Shown: piece after piece, positions 1 to 10,100 of the stretch
Numbering within the stretch: the first letter of the stretch is position 1
Layout of the letters: each line of letters opens with the position of its first letter
Notes under the pieces: generated by a model
What the model was told of the DNA's origin: nothing
Seen by the model: the letters and a program-made list of their open reading frames with translations, nothing else
The model's database searches: none
Translations under genes and position numbers: made by a program
Source: a virus
Lineage: Duplodnaviria; Caudoviricetes
IMG/VR virus record: IMGVR_UViG_3300002220_003351
Location: 1-64,000 of that record
DNA length: 64,000 nucleotides
Reading direction: 5' to 3' (one strand)

Positions 1-98
1 TCCAGCACCAGGTCAATCTGCAAGGGAGGCTTATTTACATTGGGGTGGGAATAGTGATTGCAATACAGTTTATCGTTCACTTTTTAGGTCGGGGATAA
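1..98 (+). CDS. 3' end of a small membrane protein (holin-like), truncated by the window edge
   Basis: Manual translation QHQVNLQGRLIYIGVGIVIAIQFIVHFLGRG* (TAA 96-98); C-terminal hydrophobic helix; directly upstream of the endolysin. Confidence 0.5.
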   Translation, partial: QHQVNLQGRLIYIGVGIVIAIQFIVHFLGRG

Positions 99-102
99 CG
101 GC

Positions 103-531
103 ATGATACCGCAGGGGTTCAAGTTTCGGATCGAGGAGCTGGTGGACAAGGCATCCTTTGCCTCGTGGGGGGAGGGGTGCTGGAACTTCTTCCCCCAGGA
201 ATCTTTGGAGATGCTCCACGGGATCAGGATGTTCCTCGACAGGCCGGTAACGGTCAACAACTGGTTGTGGGGAGGGCCTTACCAGTACCGGGGATACAGG
301 GGGCCCGGCTGTCCCATAGGAGCCCCGCAGTCTTACCACAAGAGAGGGATGGCGTATGATTTCGATGTCAAGGGCCTTACGGCAGAAGATGTCAGAAAGC
401 TCCTCGTTGAAAACCAGGACCACGAATGGCTCCTGCCGATAAAAAGGCTTGAAAATAAGGTGACCTGGGTTCATGCTGACACCGGGACCGTTCCGGCGGG
501 GAAGAGCCGCATTTACCTTTTTGAGCCGTAG
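103..531 (+). CDS. Endolysin, peptidase M15-like Zn peptidase
   Basis: SYHKRGMAYD (S-H-x-x-G-x-A-x-D) and WVHAD zinc-ligand motifs typical of M15A peptidases; lies among membrane-protein genes. Confidence 0.8.
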   Translation: MIPQGFKFRIEELVDKASFASWGEGCWNFFPQESLEMLHGIRMFLDRPVTVNNWLWGGPYQYRGYRGPGCPIGAPQSYHKRGMAYDFDVKGLTAEDVRKLLVENQDHEWLLPIKRLENKVTWVHADTGTVPAGKSRIYLFEP

Positions 532-538
532 GTGAGAT

Positions 539-646
539 ATGAAGCGCTTTATACTGACAATCGTCGGCCTTATCCTTGCGGGGGTGGCATGGTTCTTCGG
601 TTCCCGGGCCGCCATAGAGAAGTACATGAAAATGAGGGATCGCTGA
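539..646 (+). CDS. 35-aa single-TM peptide (lysis accessory?)
   Basis: Not in ORF track; MKRFILTIVGLILAGVAWFFGSRAAIEKYMKMRDR*; fills the gap between endolysin and the next gene. Confidence 0.55.
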   Translation: MKRFILTIVGLILAGVAWFFGSRAAIEKYMKMRDR

Positions 647-658
647 AAGGAGGGAGTT

Positions 659-1084
659 ATGGGACTCGACGCATTGATTGCCATAGGGAGTTTGATTTTA
701 CCCCCAGCGGTGGACTTCATCAAAAAGAAGTTCCTTAAGAAGGAGCAGGACACCCCGGAGGCCACGATGTCCACCCTGGCAACGACCAAGCCGGACGTTC
801 TTCCGGGGTATGTGACGGCCATAACCGAGTGGCTCAAGGCCCAGGTGGCCTTCTTCAACCGGGATGTCGCCGGGACCCCGAGCCAATGGGTCATCGACCT
901 TCGAGCCGTCATCCGTCCTTTGGGGACTGTCGGCGCCGGGATCACCCTGATGGTCATGGTGATTGCCGCGATCCAGGGCTACAAGCCCGACCCCTCCATG
1001 AATGAAACCCTGGCCGGGGTCAGGTATTCCTGCGAGGTGATCGTATCGAGCTGGTTTGGTGACCGGATCACCATCAGCAAATGA
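659..1084 (+). CDS. Holin-like membrane protein
   Basis: GGAGG RBS; two to three hydrophobic segments; position in the lysis cassette. Confidence 0.55.
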   Translation: MGLDALIAIGSLILPPAVDFIKKKFLKKEQDTPEATMSTLATTKPDVLPGYVTAITEWLKAQVAFFNRDVAGTPSQWVIDLRAVIRPLGTVGAGITLMVMVIAAIQGYKPDPSMNETLAGVRYSCEVIVSSWFGDRITISK

Positions 1085-1186
1085 AAAAGTCCTGCGGATA
1101 GGCTCTATAGGCTGAGAAACGAGACTCCCTCACTCGCTTCCGCAGGCAAACATGAGGGTCCTTACGAGGGATAAGGAGGAGGAGCG

Positions 1187-4100
1187 ATGTTCAAAGAGAT
1201 CAAGGTACACGCGACATTCAATGAAAGAACGGGTTATGGGGTGCACTCGTCGAGGTTCTTCCCGCTGCTGGACGAGCTTGTCCGTAACGCGAAGGGGACG
1301 GGGGGAGAGGTCCATATCTCCCTTCTGGATACGGTAACCGCCTCACAGGTGACGGAGCGCCACCCTGCCCCGTCGATCCTCTATAATGTCTGGGAATCCG
1401 ACAGCCAGCCTGACGCCTTCATGGACAAGCTCAAACTCTACGACCAATTATGGGTTCCGAGCGAGTGGCAGCGGGCGGCGTCCATTTCCCAGGGGGTCCC
1501 CGAGGAGTTTGTGGTGGTCGTTCCCGAGGGAGTGGACCCGGAGGTCTATAAGCCAGCCGAGGGATCTTCGTCTAACTCTGGTGATATTCCGGATGATAAA
1601 TCGGAGTTCAGGTTCCTCCATGTCGGCCAATGGCAACCCCGGAAATCCACAAAGGAAATCGTGGAGGCCTTCCTCAAGGCGTTTCCCGGCAAGGAGAATG
1701 TCCGGCTCTATCTGTCTGCCGACACCCTGTTCCCCTCAGATACCTACGGATCAACGGAAGAGAGGTTAAAGGCCTATGGGCTCGAAGACCCACGAATCAT
1801 CCCTGTCCACTTCGAGGAGAGAGATGCTTACATCCGGCGGCTACAATCAGCCCATGTGTTCGTGTCATGTTCTCGTTCCGAGGGATGGGGACTGCCTTTG
1901 TGTTTCCCTTCTGATGCCAAGATTGTTATGCCAAGCGGGATTAAGAGTATTGCCGATATTGGTCACGATGAATTAGTGTTCACCCATACTGGTGATTATC
2001 GTAGGGTTCTTACTAAGATGCAGAGAAAGTATAGCGGTGAATTGGTTGAAATTTTAATATATGGAGACTACGCTCCAATAAAATGCACACCAGAACATCC
2101 CATATTAGTTATAAGACGACCCAATAAAAAATACAAAAAAAGCCGGTTTACCGATGTTGATAAAATTACACCTGAGTGGATAGAGGCAAAGGATATAAAA
2201 ATCGGAGATGCCATTGTTCGGTCTGTTCCGTTGGGTTATGAATCGGAAGATATTGTTGACTTGTCCCAAATAGATCAAAGGCTTAAGAAGGATGATAATT
2301 ATGTTTGGTATCCGACTGGTTTTAATTCAAAGGGGGAACAGGGCAAGTATAATCGTTATGTTTCGCTAAAAAGCATGGCGTTTTTGTTTGGTTGGTATAT
2401 TGCGGAAGGCAGCGATAACTGTGGTGCGGCAGTAGAATTCTCGTTAAATTCAAAAGAAGAGCCAATTGCACAGGAAATATTGCGCCAAGCATCTTTGTTC
2501 TTTAATGCGAGGGGTAGTCGCCAAATCAAGGGGAATAAACTTATATTGAAGATAAGTTCTACGATTTTATCTAAGTTTTTTGTTAAATATTGTGGCAAAG
2601 GAGCAGAAAACAAAAAAATACCCAACGAATTACTGTATGGAGATATTTCCAACCTACATGACCTAATGGTTGCGTATTCCGATGGTGATGGACACAAGGC
2701 CGATAAGAGAATTATCATTTCTACTGTCTCCGAATTACTGTCAAGACAAATTGGGGTTGCTCTTCTCAGGATGGGATATAAGTCAAACATTCAAAATTGT
2801 GGGAAGCGATCTGGAAATTATGATCAGTTTGTGATCACTTGGTTGCTTGATAGAAAAAACAATATTCATAGCAATAAATCATGGTGGTCGAGGTACGGCA
2901 TAGCATCTCTTGTGAAAAAAATAACCTCTACTCCATACAGTGGATATGTCTATAATTTGGAGGTTGAGAAAGACAATTCATATCGTTTGGTAAATGCGTC
3001 TGTTCATAATTGCGAGGCAATGGCGAGTGGAGCAGTTACCATCGTGGCAGATTGGGGCGGATCCACGGAGTATGCTGGAGACGCTCTTCTGGTCCGTGTC
3101 CCCGAACTGATAAAGCCTTTCGGGATCTACGGGAACTGGGATGTCCCGGGGCATTGGGGGGAGCCCGACTACAATCATCTTGTCGAGGTCATGCGGGACG
3201 CCTACGAGAATTACCCCCAGCACAAGGAGAAGGCCCTCAAGACCTCCGAGGTTATCAGGGAGAAGTTCTCCTGGAAGGCGGCGGCCGAAAAGGGATTCAA
3301 GGCCCTTGAAGATCTCCAAAAGAAGATGCAAATAACCCCCACTATTTGCCGGGAGCAGATTGTGCCTGTATCAGAGGCCGATCTTAGAATCCAGGCAAGG
3401 AGGCTCGGATACGAGATCACGGGCCTCAAGAAGTCCTCCGCGATCTTCACGGTGGACACCCACCCGGACACCGAAGAGAAGCTGGAAACCCTCAAGGAGA
3501 GCATCGGGCAGATCAAGGCCCTCGGGTATCCGATCCTGGTTACCTCCCATCTCCCCCTCCCCGAAGAGGTTGTGGAGTCGGTGGACTTCTACATCTACGA
3601 CAAGAAAGACATCCTCTCGGGGGACGACAAGCCTTCCTACTGGAGGCAGGACGGGTTCGGGAAAACCGAGTCCACGATCGCCAGCAAGCCGTGCCACGCC
3701 CTCGCTGCGGTCCACAACGTAAGGAACGCGGTTGACTTCTGCCGGGGGAGGTACGACTGGATCTACCAGATGTCCTCGGATGCCGAGGTGGATCTCAGGG
3801 AGTGGCTCGACAAGGTCCACTCTTCCGACAAGGACATGGTCTGTATCCGGTGGGAGGGCCAGCCCAATACCGTCAGCGGCCAGATCACCGCCGCGAGAAC
3901 CGAGGCGATGGACAAGATCCTCCTGAGGATGGAGACCTGGGAGGACTTCAAGAAGGTCTATGCCGAGGACAGGTTCTGCTCCGAGAGGAAATACTTCCGG
4001 CTCATCGAGGAGCATGTCGGTCTGGAGAACGTCGAGTTCATAGACATGGATGTGGGGAACCGGCACGACCAGGTGGATTGGGAGGCCTGGAAGGACGATA

Positions 4101-5314
4101 TGTTCACCTGCCACTTCGTCGAGGGGCCTTTGCTGGATATCAGCGGGCTCTCCAAGAGGGTCTATGATGTGGTCTTCAATGACGGGACAAGGGACGTTTA
4201 TTCCCTCAAGCAGAACGCCGGGATGTGGTCCAGGCCCTCCATCAAGTACTACAAGCCCTGGACGGTGACGGCTTCCCTCGACGGGGTGGAGAAGTTCCGG
4301 CACACGATAGACCTCAAAGGGAAGAAGGTCATGATCTGCATGGGGTCCAAGGCTTTGGGGGACACGATCGCCTGGATGCCCTATGTGGAGGAGTTCCGGA
4401 AGAAGCACGGGTGCAAGGTGGTCTGTTCGGGGTGGTGGCAGGAGATCTTCGACTACCCCGAGATCGAGTTCATCAAGCCCGGAGACGCCATCATGGATCT
4501 CTACGCCTCCTACAATGTGGGGTGCTTCGACGACCAGTTGGACCAGAACGTCGTGAACTGGAGGAGCGTTCCCCTCCAGAAGGTGGCCTCCGATATTTTG
4601 GGCCTCGACTATAAACCGCTTAAGGCGAAACTGAAAGTGAGGAGCTATGAAAACGAAGAGTTTCCAGCGGACTGGAAAAAGCCCTATGTGTGTTTCTCCG
4701 AATACTCGACAATGCAGAACAAGTTCTGGAACCGGCCGGGGGCGTGGCAGAAGGTCATAGACCGCCTTGTCGAGATGGGGTACGCCTGCGTGTCGGTGTC
4801 CGCCGAGGCCACCCAATTAAACAACGTCATCAAGCACAACGGGCAGGGGATCCACTCCACCATAGCGGACATCGCTGGCGCCGAGTTCTACCTGGGGCTC
4901 AACCACGGCCCCATCTGGATCGCCTACACCCTCGGAGTCCCGGCCATCATGATCAGCGGGGTCTCCGAGGAGTGGAACGATTTCCCCAATCCCTACCGGA
5001 TCGCCATCGACAAGTGCAAGCCCTGCTTCAACAATGTGGACATCAAGATCGACAGGGATTGGAATTGGTGCCCGGGGCCGGACAGGTTCGTCTGCACCCG
5101 GGAGATCACGGAGGAGAGGGTCTTTGAGAAGATAGACCAACTGAGGAGGGACTTATGTCGCCAGCCAAAATCAAAAAGGTCAAAGGGGGGTACTCTGTCA
5201 GCACCCCCCACGGAACGAAAGCGAAGAGGACGACCAAGAAAAAAGCAAAGTCCCAAAGAAGACTCCTCAACGCCATTGACCACGGGTTTGTCCCAACTCG
5301 GGGCTACGGGGTAG
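1187..5314 (+). CDS. Multidomain glycosyltransferase precursor: GT4-like domain (intein-interrupted), middle domain, and C-terminal Aah/TibC-like O-heptosyltransferase
   Basis: FLHVGQWQPRKS and SRSEGWGLPL|CEAMASG (GT4 motifs); SKALGDTIAWMPYVEEFRKKH, FYLGLNHGPIW and Cys-rich CKPCFN..WNWCP..FVC typical of the autotransporter heptosyltransferase family; about 1005 aa after splicing. Confidence 0.8.
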   Translation: MFKEIKVHATFNERTGYGVHSSRFFPLLDELVRNAKGTGGEVHISLLDTVTASQVTERHPAPSILYNVWESDSQPDAFMDKLKLYDQLWVPSEWQRAASISQGVPEEFVVVVPEGVDPEVYKPAEGSSSNSGDIPDDKSEFRFLHVGQWQPRKSTKEIVEAFLKAFPGKENVRLYLSADTLFPSDTYGSTEERLKAYGLEDPRIIPVHFEERDAYIRRLQSAHVFVSCSRSEGWGLPLCFPSDAKIVMPSGIKSIADIGHDELVFTHTGDYRRVLTKMQRKYSGELVEILIYGDYAPIKCTPEHPILVIRRPNKKYKKSRFTDVDKITPEWIEAKDIKIGDAIVRSVPLGYESEDIVDLSQIDQRLKKDDNYVWYPTGFNSKGEQGKYNRYVSLKSMAFLFGWYIAEGSDNCGAAVEFSLNSKEEPIAQEILRQASLFFNARGSRQIKGNKLILKISSTILSKFFVKYCGKGAENKKIPNELLYGDISNLHDLMVAYSDGDGHKADKRIIISTVSELLSRQIGVALLRMGYKSNIQNCGKRSGNYDQFVITWLLDRKNNIHSNKSWWSRYGIASLVKKITSTPYSGYVYNLEVEKDNSYRLVNASVHNCEAMASGAVTIVADWGGSTEYAGDALLVRVPELIKPFGIYGNWDVPGHWGEPDYNHLVEVMRDAYENYPQHKEKALKTSEVIREKFSWKAAAEKGFKALEDLQKKMQITPTICREQIVPVSEADLRIQARRLGYEITGLKKSSAIFTVDTHPDTEEKLETLKESIGQIKALGYPILVTSHLPLPEEVVESVDFYIYDKKDILSGDDKPSYWRQDGFGKTESTIASKPCHALAAVHNVRNAVDFCRGRYDWIYQMSSDAEVDLREWLDKVHSSDKDMVCIRWEGQPNTVSGQITAARTEAMDKILLRMETWEDFKKVYAEDRFCSERKYFRLIEEHVGLENVEFIDMDVGNRHDQVDWEAWKDDMFTCHFVEGPLLDISGLSKRVYDVVFNDGTRDVYSLKQNAGMWSRPSIKYYKPWTVTASLDGVEKFRHTIDLKGKKVMICMGSKALGDTIAWMPYVEEFRKKHGCKVVCSGWWQEIFDYPEIEFIKPGDAIMDLYASYNVGCFDDQLDQNVVNWRSVPLQKVASDILGLDYKPLKAKLKVRSYENEEFPADWKKPYVCFSEYSTMQNKFWNRPGAWQKVIDRLVEMGYACVSVSAEATQLNNVIKHNGQGIHSTIADIAGAEFYLGLNHGPIWIAYTLGVPAIMISGVSEEWNDFPNPYRIAIDKCKPCFNNVDIKIDRDWNWCPGPDRFVCTREITEERVFEKIDQLRRDLCRQPKSKRSKGGTLSAPPTERKRRGRPRKKQSPKEDSSTPLTTGLSQLGATG
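1901..3010 (+). mobile_element. Intein with LAGLIDADG homing endonuclease (370 aa)
   Basis: Starts CFPSDAKIV; block B TPEH; FGWYIAEGS and AYSDGDG endonuclease motifs; ends VYNLEV...SVHN followed by +1 Cys; AT-rich versus GC-rich flanks. Confidence 0.95.
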
Positions 5315-5323
5315 GGAAGAAAA

Positions 5324-6226
5324 ATGGATAGCGCGAAGATATTTGATTTCAGCCACTTCACGGGGATGAACAATGTGGACAAGGCATTCCGCCTCCCCAT
5401 TGTTGGGACGAGGATGGGGTACTCTCTCACCGATATGGAGACCCTTGAGAACGTGGACATCGACAACCAGTTCATCCTTACCACGAGACAGGGGAGCGAC
5501 CTGAAACTTGCCGGGACCGACATCCATAGCCTCTGGTCGGATGGGGAGACCTGTCTGTTCGTGGACTACGACACCCTCTACCGACTCGAAATAGATTACA
5601 CCTCCACCTCGGTTCTCTCCGGCCTCCTCCCGGGAGCAAGGATGTCCTATGCGCCCTGGAACGACAGGATCTATTTAACCAATGGCTCCTATATCGGGTA
5701 CTATAAGGACAGCGCTACTGCCCTCTCTGACCCCTCAATCACCTACAAGCTTCCCCTACCCCCGGGACAGAGGATTGCCTATTACAGAGGGCGGCTCTAT
5801 GTGGCCAAGGGGAGCGTGCTTTACATTTCTGACGCCCTCTCGGACCACTACGATGTCAGGAGCGGGTACAGGGCCTTCGAGAACGATATCACCATGCTGA
5901 TCCCTGTCGACAACGGCCTCTATGTGGCGGACGGGAGGACATGGTTCGTCCCCGGGACCGAGCCGGAGGAGTTCCAGAAGATGATGGTCTATGATGCCGA
6001 TGTGATCCCCTTCACCGACAAGAACATCAACGGGGAGAACATCGGGGACGGTTCCGTGGGGAAGATGGCGATCTGGGTTGCCTCGGACGGAATCTGCCTG
6101 GGGGACAACAACGGGCAGGTGAAGAACCTCACCCGGGTCCGGTACGCCATGTCCACCCACGGAGAAGGAGGGGCGGCGGTACGGAAAGAGGATGGGCTCA
6201 CCCATTACATCACGACGTTAAGTTAA
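5324..6226 (+). CDS. Virion structural protein (tail stabilisation/nozzle-like, predicted beta-rich)
   Basis: 300 aa, beta-strand-rich pattern, first gene of the tail block; function by position only. Confidence 0.5.
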   Translation: MDSAKIFDFSHFTGMNNVDKAFRLPIVGTRMGYSLTDMETLENVDIDNQFILTTRQGSDLKLAGTDIHSLWSDGETCLFVDYDTLYRLEIDYTSTSVLSGLLPGARMSYAPWNDRIYLTNGSYIGYYKDSATALSDPSITYKLPLPPGQRIAYYRGRLYVAKGSVLYISDALSDHYDVRSGYRAFENDITMLIPVDNGLYVADGRTWFVPGTEPEEFQKMMVYDADVIPFTDKNINGENIGDGSVGKMAIWVASDGICLGDNNGQVKNLTRVRYAMSTHGEGGAAVRKEDGLTHYITTLS

Positions 6227-6239
6227 GGAGGACACAACC

Positions 6240-6671
6240 ATGGCACTTCGATTGAGTACAGGGGCAAGGACCGCGCTGGCGGGGACCGAGGGGCTGAAAT
6301 CAGTTTTCAGCGGGGGGTATCTGGACATCTATTCCGGGGGGCAACCGGCCTCTGCCGACTACGCCGAGACCGGGACCAAGCTCGTCCGCCTCCAGGTGGG
6401 CGGGACAGGCGGTGTGACTTTGGGGACCGCTGCTGCCGGGGCTCTCCCGAAGAGCGGCGAGACCTGGAACGGCACGATCGCAGCCGCAGGGGTTGCCGGG
6501 TACTTCCGGTTCTACGGGACTGCCGGGACCTCGGGGACGAGCGAAAGCGAGCGAAGGATCGACGGCAATGTCGGGGTGAGCGGATCGGATCTGGTCCTCT
6601 CGAACACCTCTCTGACCCTCGGGGCGACGTTGACGATTGATACTTTCACTCTTACCGTTCCTGCGGTGTAA
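6240..6671 (+). CDS. Virion structural protein, paralogue A
   Basis: AGGAGG RBS; Gly/Thr-rich; shares MALRLSTG, AETGTKLVR, RIDG.GVSG.DL and TID.F with the next gene. Confidence 0.7.
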   Translation: MALRLSTGARTALAGTEGLKSVFSGGYLDIYSGGQPASADYAETGTKLVRLQVGGTGGVTLGTAAAGALPKSGETWNGTIAAAGVAGYFRFYGTAGTSGTSESERRIDGNVGVSGSDLVLSNTSLTLGATLTIDTFTLTVPAV

Positions 6672-6682
6672 GGAGGTGTGAG

Positions 6683-7162
6683 ATGGCTCTGAGACTATCT
6701 ACAGGCTTGAGGAATACGCTTTTGTCCGGCACGGCGGGGCTGGCCCAGGTATTCGGCACCGGAATAATTGATATCTGGACCGGGACCCCCCCGGCAAATG
6801 CGGACGCTGCCGAAACCGGGACCAAGCTGGTGAGAATCAGCGTCAGCAGTTTCGCGTCCTGCGGGTCCGGCGGGACGGGGGGCGGGACGGCTGGCTCCGG
6901 AGGGCTGCTTTGGGGGACCGCCGCCAACGGCTCTCTGCCGAAAAGCGCAGACACATGGTCCGGAGAGGGGATTGCAAACGGAGAGTCCGGGTGGTGGAGA
7001 CTGCATGGGTATAACATCCTCCACGGCACCAGCAGTACGTCCCCGAGGATAGATGGGGTTTGCGGGGTGTCGGGGGCGGATTTGAACATGAGCGATCTGA
7101 CCGTCGCCTCTGCCGCGACGATCACCATCGACAGCTTCTCGATAACGATACCTGCCATGTAG
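6683..7162 (+). CDS. Virion structural protein, paralogue B
   Basis: AGGAGG RBS; clear end-to-end similarity to 6240..6671. Confidence 0.7.
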   Translation: MALRLSTGLRNTLLSGTAGLAQVFGTGIIDIWTGTPPANADAAETGTKLVRISVSSFASCGSGGTGGGTAGSGGLLWGTAANGSLPKSADTWSGEGIANGESGWWRLHGYNILHGTSSTSPRIDGVCGVSGADLNMSDLTVASAATITIDSFSITIPAM

Positions 7163-7171
7163 GAGTGAGCT

Positions 7172-10100
7172 ATGGCTCTGTATTCTTATTATAGCAGTGG
7201 CGGGCCGTGGACTACCGCTGATGCGTATGTCACCCTGAACAACCAGACCATCACCCAGACGCTGTACCTTGCCTCCGGGGACTCGACGAGGTGCAAGGTC
7301 TGGTTCGCCGGGAACGGTGTGGACTCCTACCAGGTCCAGTCCGCCTATCTGACCCAGGGGATTCACTCCGTCTCCGTCAAGGTGAATGGACAGACGAGCT
7401 TCCTGATTCCCGCCTTCGGGAGGTGGAGCGACTATTCCTCTACGACCGCCTTCACCCTGCCCGGGTATGTCAGTTTCGTAACCATTGTCAAGCTGAATGT
7501 CCCCATCCTGATCCCCATCATTGGATATGGCGACACCACCCAGACAGCCCCCAGCGCCCCCGGGGTGGTGAGCTGGATTGATGATGATCCCGATAGCCTC
7601 GATGATGGCACGGCGGTGCTGGTCCTTAACTTTGATGGGGCAGACGGGGCGACGACCTGGACTGAAGAAGCGAAAGGGTATTCTCCTGATGAAAGTTATG
7701 GCTTTCATCTTGACACAGCACAAAAGAAGTTTGGCACAGCATCATTAAAAAATATAGATAGTAACGACGCTTACTTAACGTATCTAAATAAGCCAAACAT
7801 AACAGATGCTTTTACGCTACACTTTTATGTAAGGATAAGCGGCTTGCCTTCAACTATGGGGCCGCAGGCGACAATTGGTTTTTGGGGAAGTTCGTTTTCA
7901 TTAACAAGCCTTGTTGACATTAACTTTTATAGGGATGGTGTCTTTTTTAGTGTCTCTGACAACAACGGAGTAGCAGCGCTGGACAATGGGGGTGATTACT
8001 CTGAGCTACTTGTAGCAGATGTGTGGAATCATTGTGCCCTTGTGAGCATTAACCGAGATGTGTTTCTTTACATAAACGGAGCTTTATCGGGATCTTGGAC
8101 ATGCTATAAAGACAATCCATTTGCGGGGCCTACGGGAACATACCTATATTCAAACTATACAGAAGATGTGTGGTTTGATGCTATCGAGCTTACTGATAAT
8201 GCCAAGTGGACTTCTAACTTCACCCCCCCTACGACTGCCCCTCCTACAATAAAGGGCACCATTGATATTGTAGAAGTCACCACCACGGCGACAATTACAG
8301 TCACCGATAACACCTTAATAGCAGCAGGGGATACGATAACGATAACAGAAACCTCTTCTTTGGGGCAGGTTGTCGTAACGGTTTACACCTTCGTCACCAA
8401 TCCCACCGGGGCAGACAATGAAATAGTCATCGGCCCCGACGCCGACACTACCGCTGCCAACATAGCGGATACAATCAATGAAACGGATGGGGCAGAGTTC
8501 ACTGCGTCGTCAAGTGGTGCGGTTGCGACCGCTGTTAAGTATTCGAGTGATGATGTTGCCATTACGACTGATTCTTCTGGGGTGACTATAGGCAGTCCCT
8601 TGAAGGAAATCACCTACATCTCCTCGTCTGCCTCCTCTGCCCTCCCCTCTTTCACCGTTTATTCTTCGGGGTCGAGCTTTGGGGACATGGGGGACTATTA
8701 CGGGAATGTCACCCTCCCCGCCTTCACTTCCGAAGGCCTCACAGACATGGAGGGGAACAACGCCGATGTCTACATGCCAGCGTTTCGGTCCACGGGCCAG
8801 TCGTTCCTGAAGAACTACCCCTCTTTAATGACCGACGCCGAAAAGATCGCAATGCTCCTCTACGAGAGCGAATGGATGGAGTGGCTGGCGTCCCTCATTG
8901 TCGTTCCGGGGGATTCGGATGATGTGGCCCTTGTGGCGACTCAGTGGGTTGCCAGCAATATCACTTACGCCACGGACCTTACCACCTGGGGGGTAACCGA
9001 TTACTGGATAGACCCCAAGGCCACCGTTTACTACGGGGTCGGGGACTATGAGGACGGGGCGGCCCTGATCGCCTCCATCATCATCAACTCCGGGGTGGAC
9101 CCCAACAGGGTCCGGGTTTACTTCGGAGAGGACGAGGGTGTCGATTCCGCATGGGCCATGTACCAGCGGATGAGCGACAACCAATGGGTCGTCCTCGACT
9201 GGACCGATGGGTCGGCGTACTGGAATGCGATCTCCGATGTGGACGAACTCACCCCGCTCTATCCGAGTGTCCGGCAGATAGTGGACTTCGACTTGAACCC
9301 GGATGATGTGGCCTACGGAGAGGCCGACGAGTATGTGGACTATAGGCAGGTAATAGATATCGCCGGGACCTACTTCTACTCGGAGACTCTTTACGCCGAA
9401 GACTACAATCCGGTGCTGGAAGCCTCGATCCCCATGATTACCCTCTCCGCAACCGGGGGAGGGTACGCGACCCTTACGCTTCCCTCAATCACGATTTCCT
9501 TTACGGGACAGGGGGTTATTGTCGGGAACCTCTCCAAGAGCATCGGGAAGATCGAGGTCTCTGCAATAGGTTATCAGGAGGGCCTGGGAAGTCTCGATTC
9601 CGACATCCCCGCAGTCACCATCTCGGCTACCGGGACCATCCATCCGACCGGGACGCTCGAAAGGGAGATCCCCGCGATCTCTCTCGTCGCCACGATGTCC
9701 TCGGATATCCTGGGATCCCTCACGAAATCCGTGGGGGCGATCATCCTCGACGGGAACTGCTACTGGATGGGGTCAAACGACGGGGTCCTCACGATCCCCG
9801 CCGTGAGCCTTGTGTCCAGCGCCCGCGCAGCCACCATCATCGCCCTCTGCCTGAACACCAAGAACTTCGGGCTCACGAAGTACACGAGCTACGATTACAA
9901 CAGTCTCTGTATCTTCAACGGGAAGCTCATAGGGACCAAGAGAACCGGGGTTTACGAACTTGAGGGCACGGATGATGACGGGGAAAGCATCTCCTGGAAG
10001 ATTCGGACCCCCAAGCTCGACATGAAGACCCACAAGATGAGGTACGCCTGGTTGTCCGGGAAGGCCTCCGGGGATATCAAGCTCGTCGTCGAGACCCCCG

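Noticed and set aside
1105-1135. TPP riboswitch (GGCUGAGA) or hammerhead/HDV ribozyme in the GT leader
   Set aside because: The remaining conserved TPP elements, the hammerhead CUGANGA/GAAA core and the HDV P3 pairing could not be found.
3371-4816. Long antisense or alternate-frame ORFs (also 14646-16187, 22339-23535, 32017-33027 and many others)
   Set aside because: They shadow well-supported GC3-rich genes, lack RBSs and motifs, and are expected from codon bias. The 27728 HNH differs because it has a complete recognisable domain.
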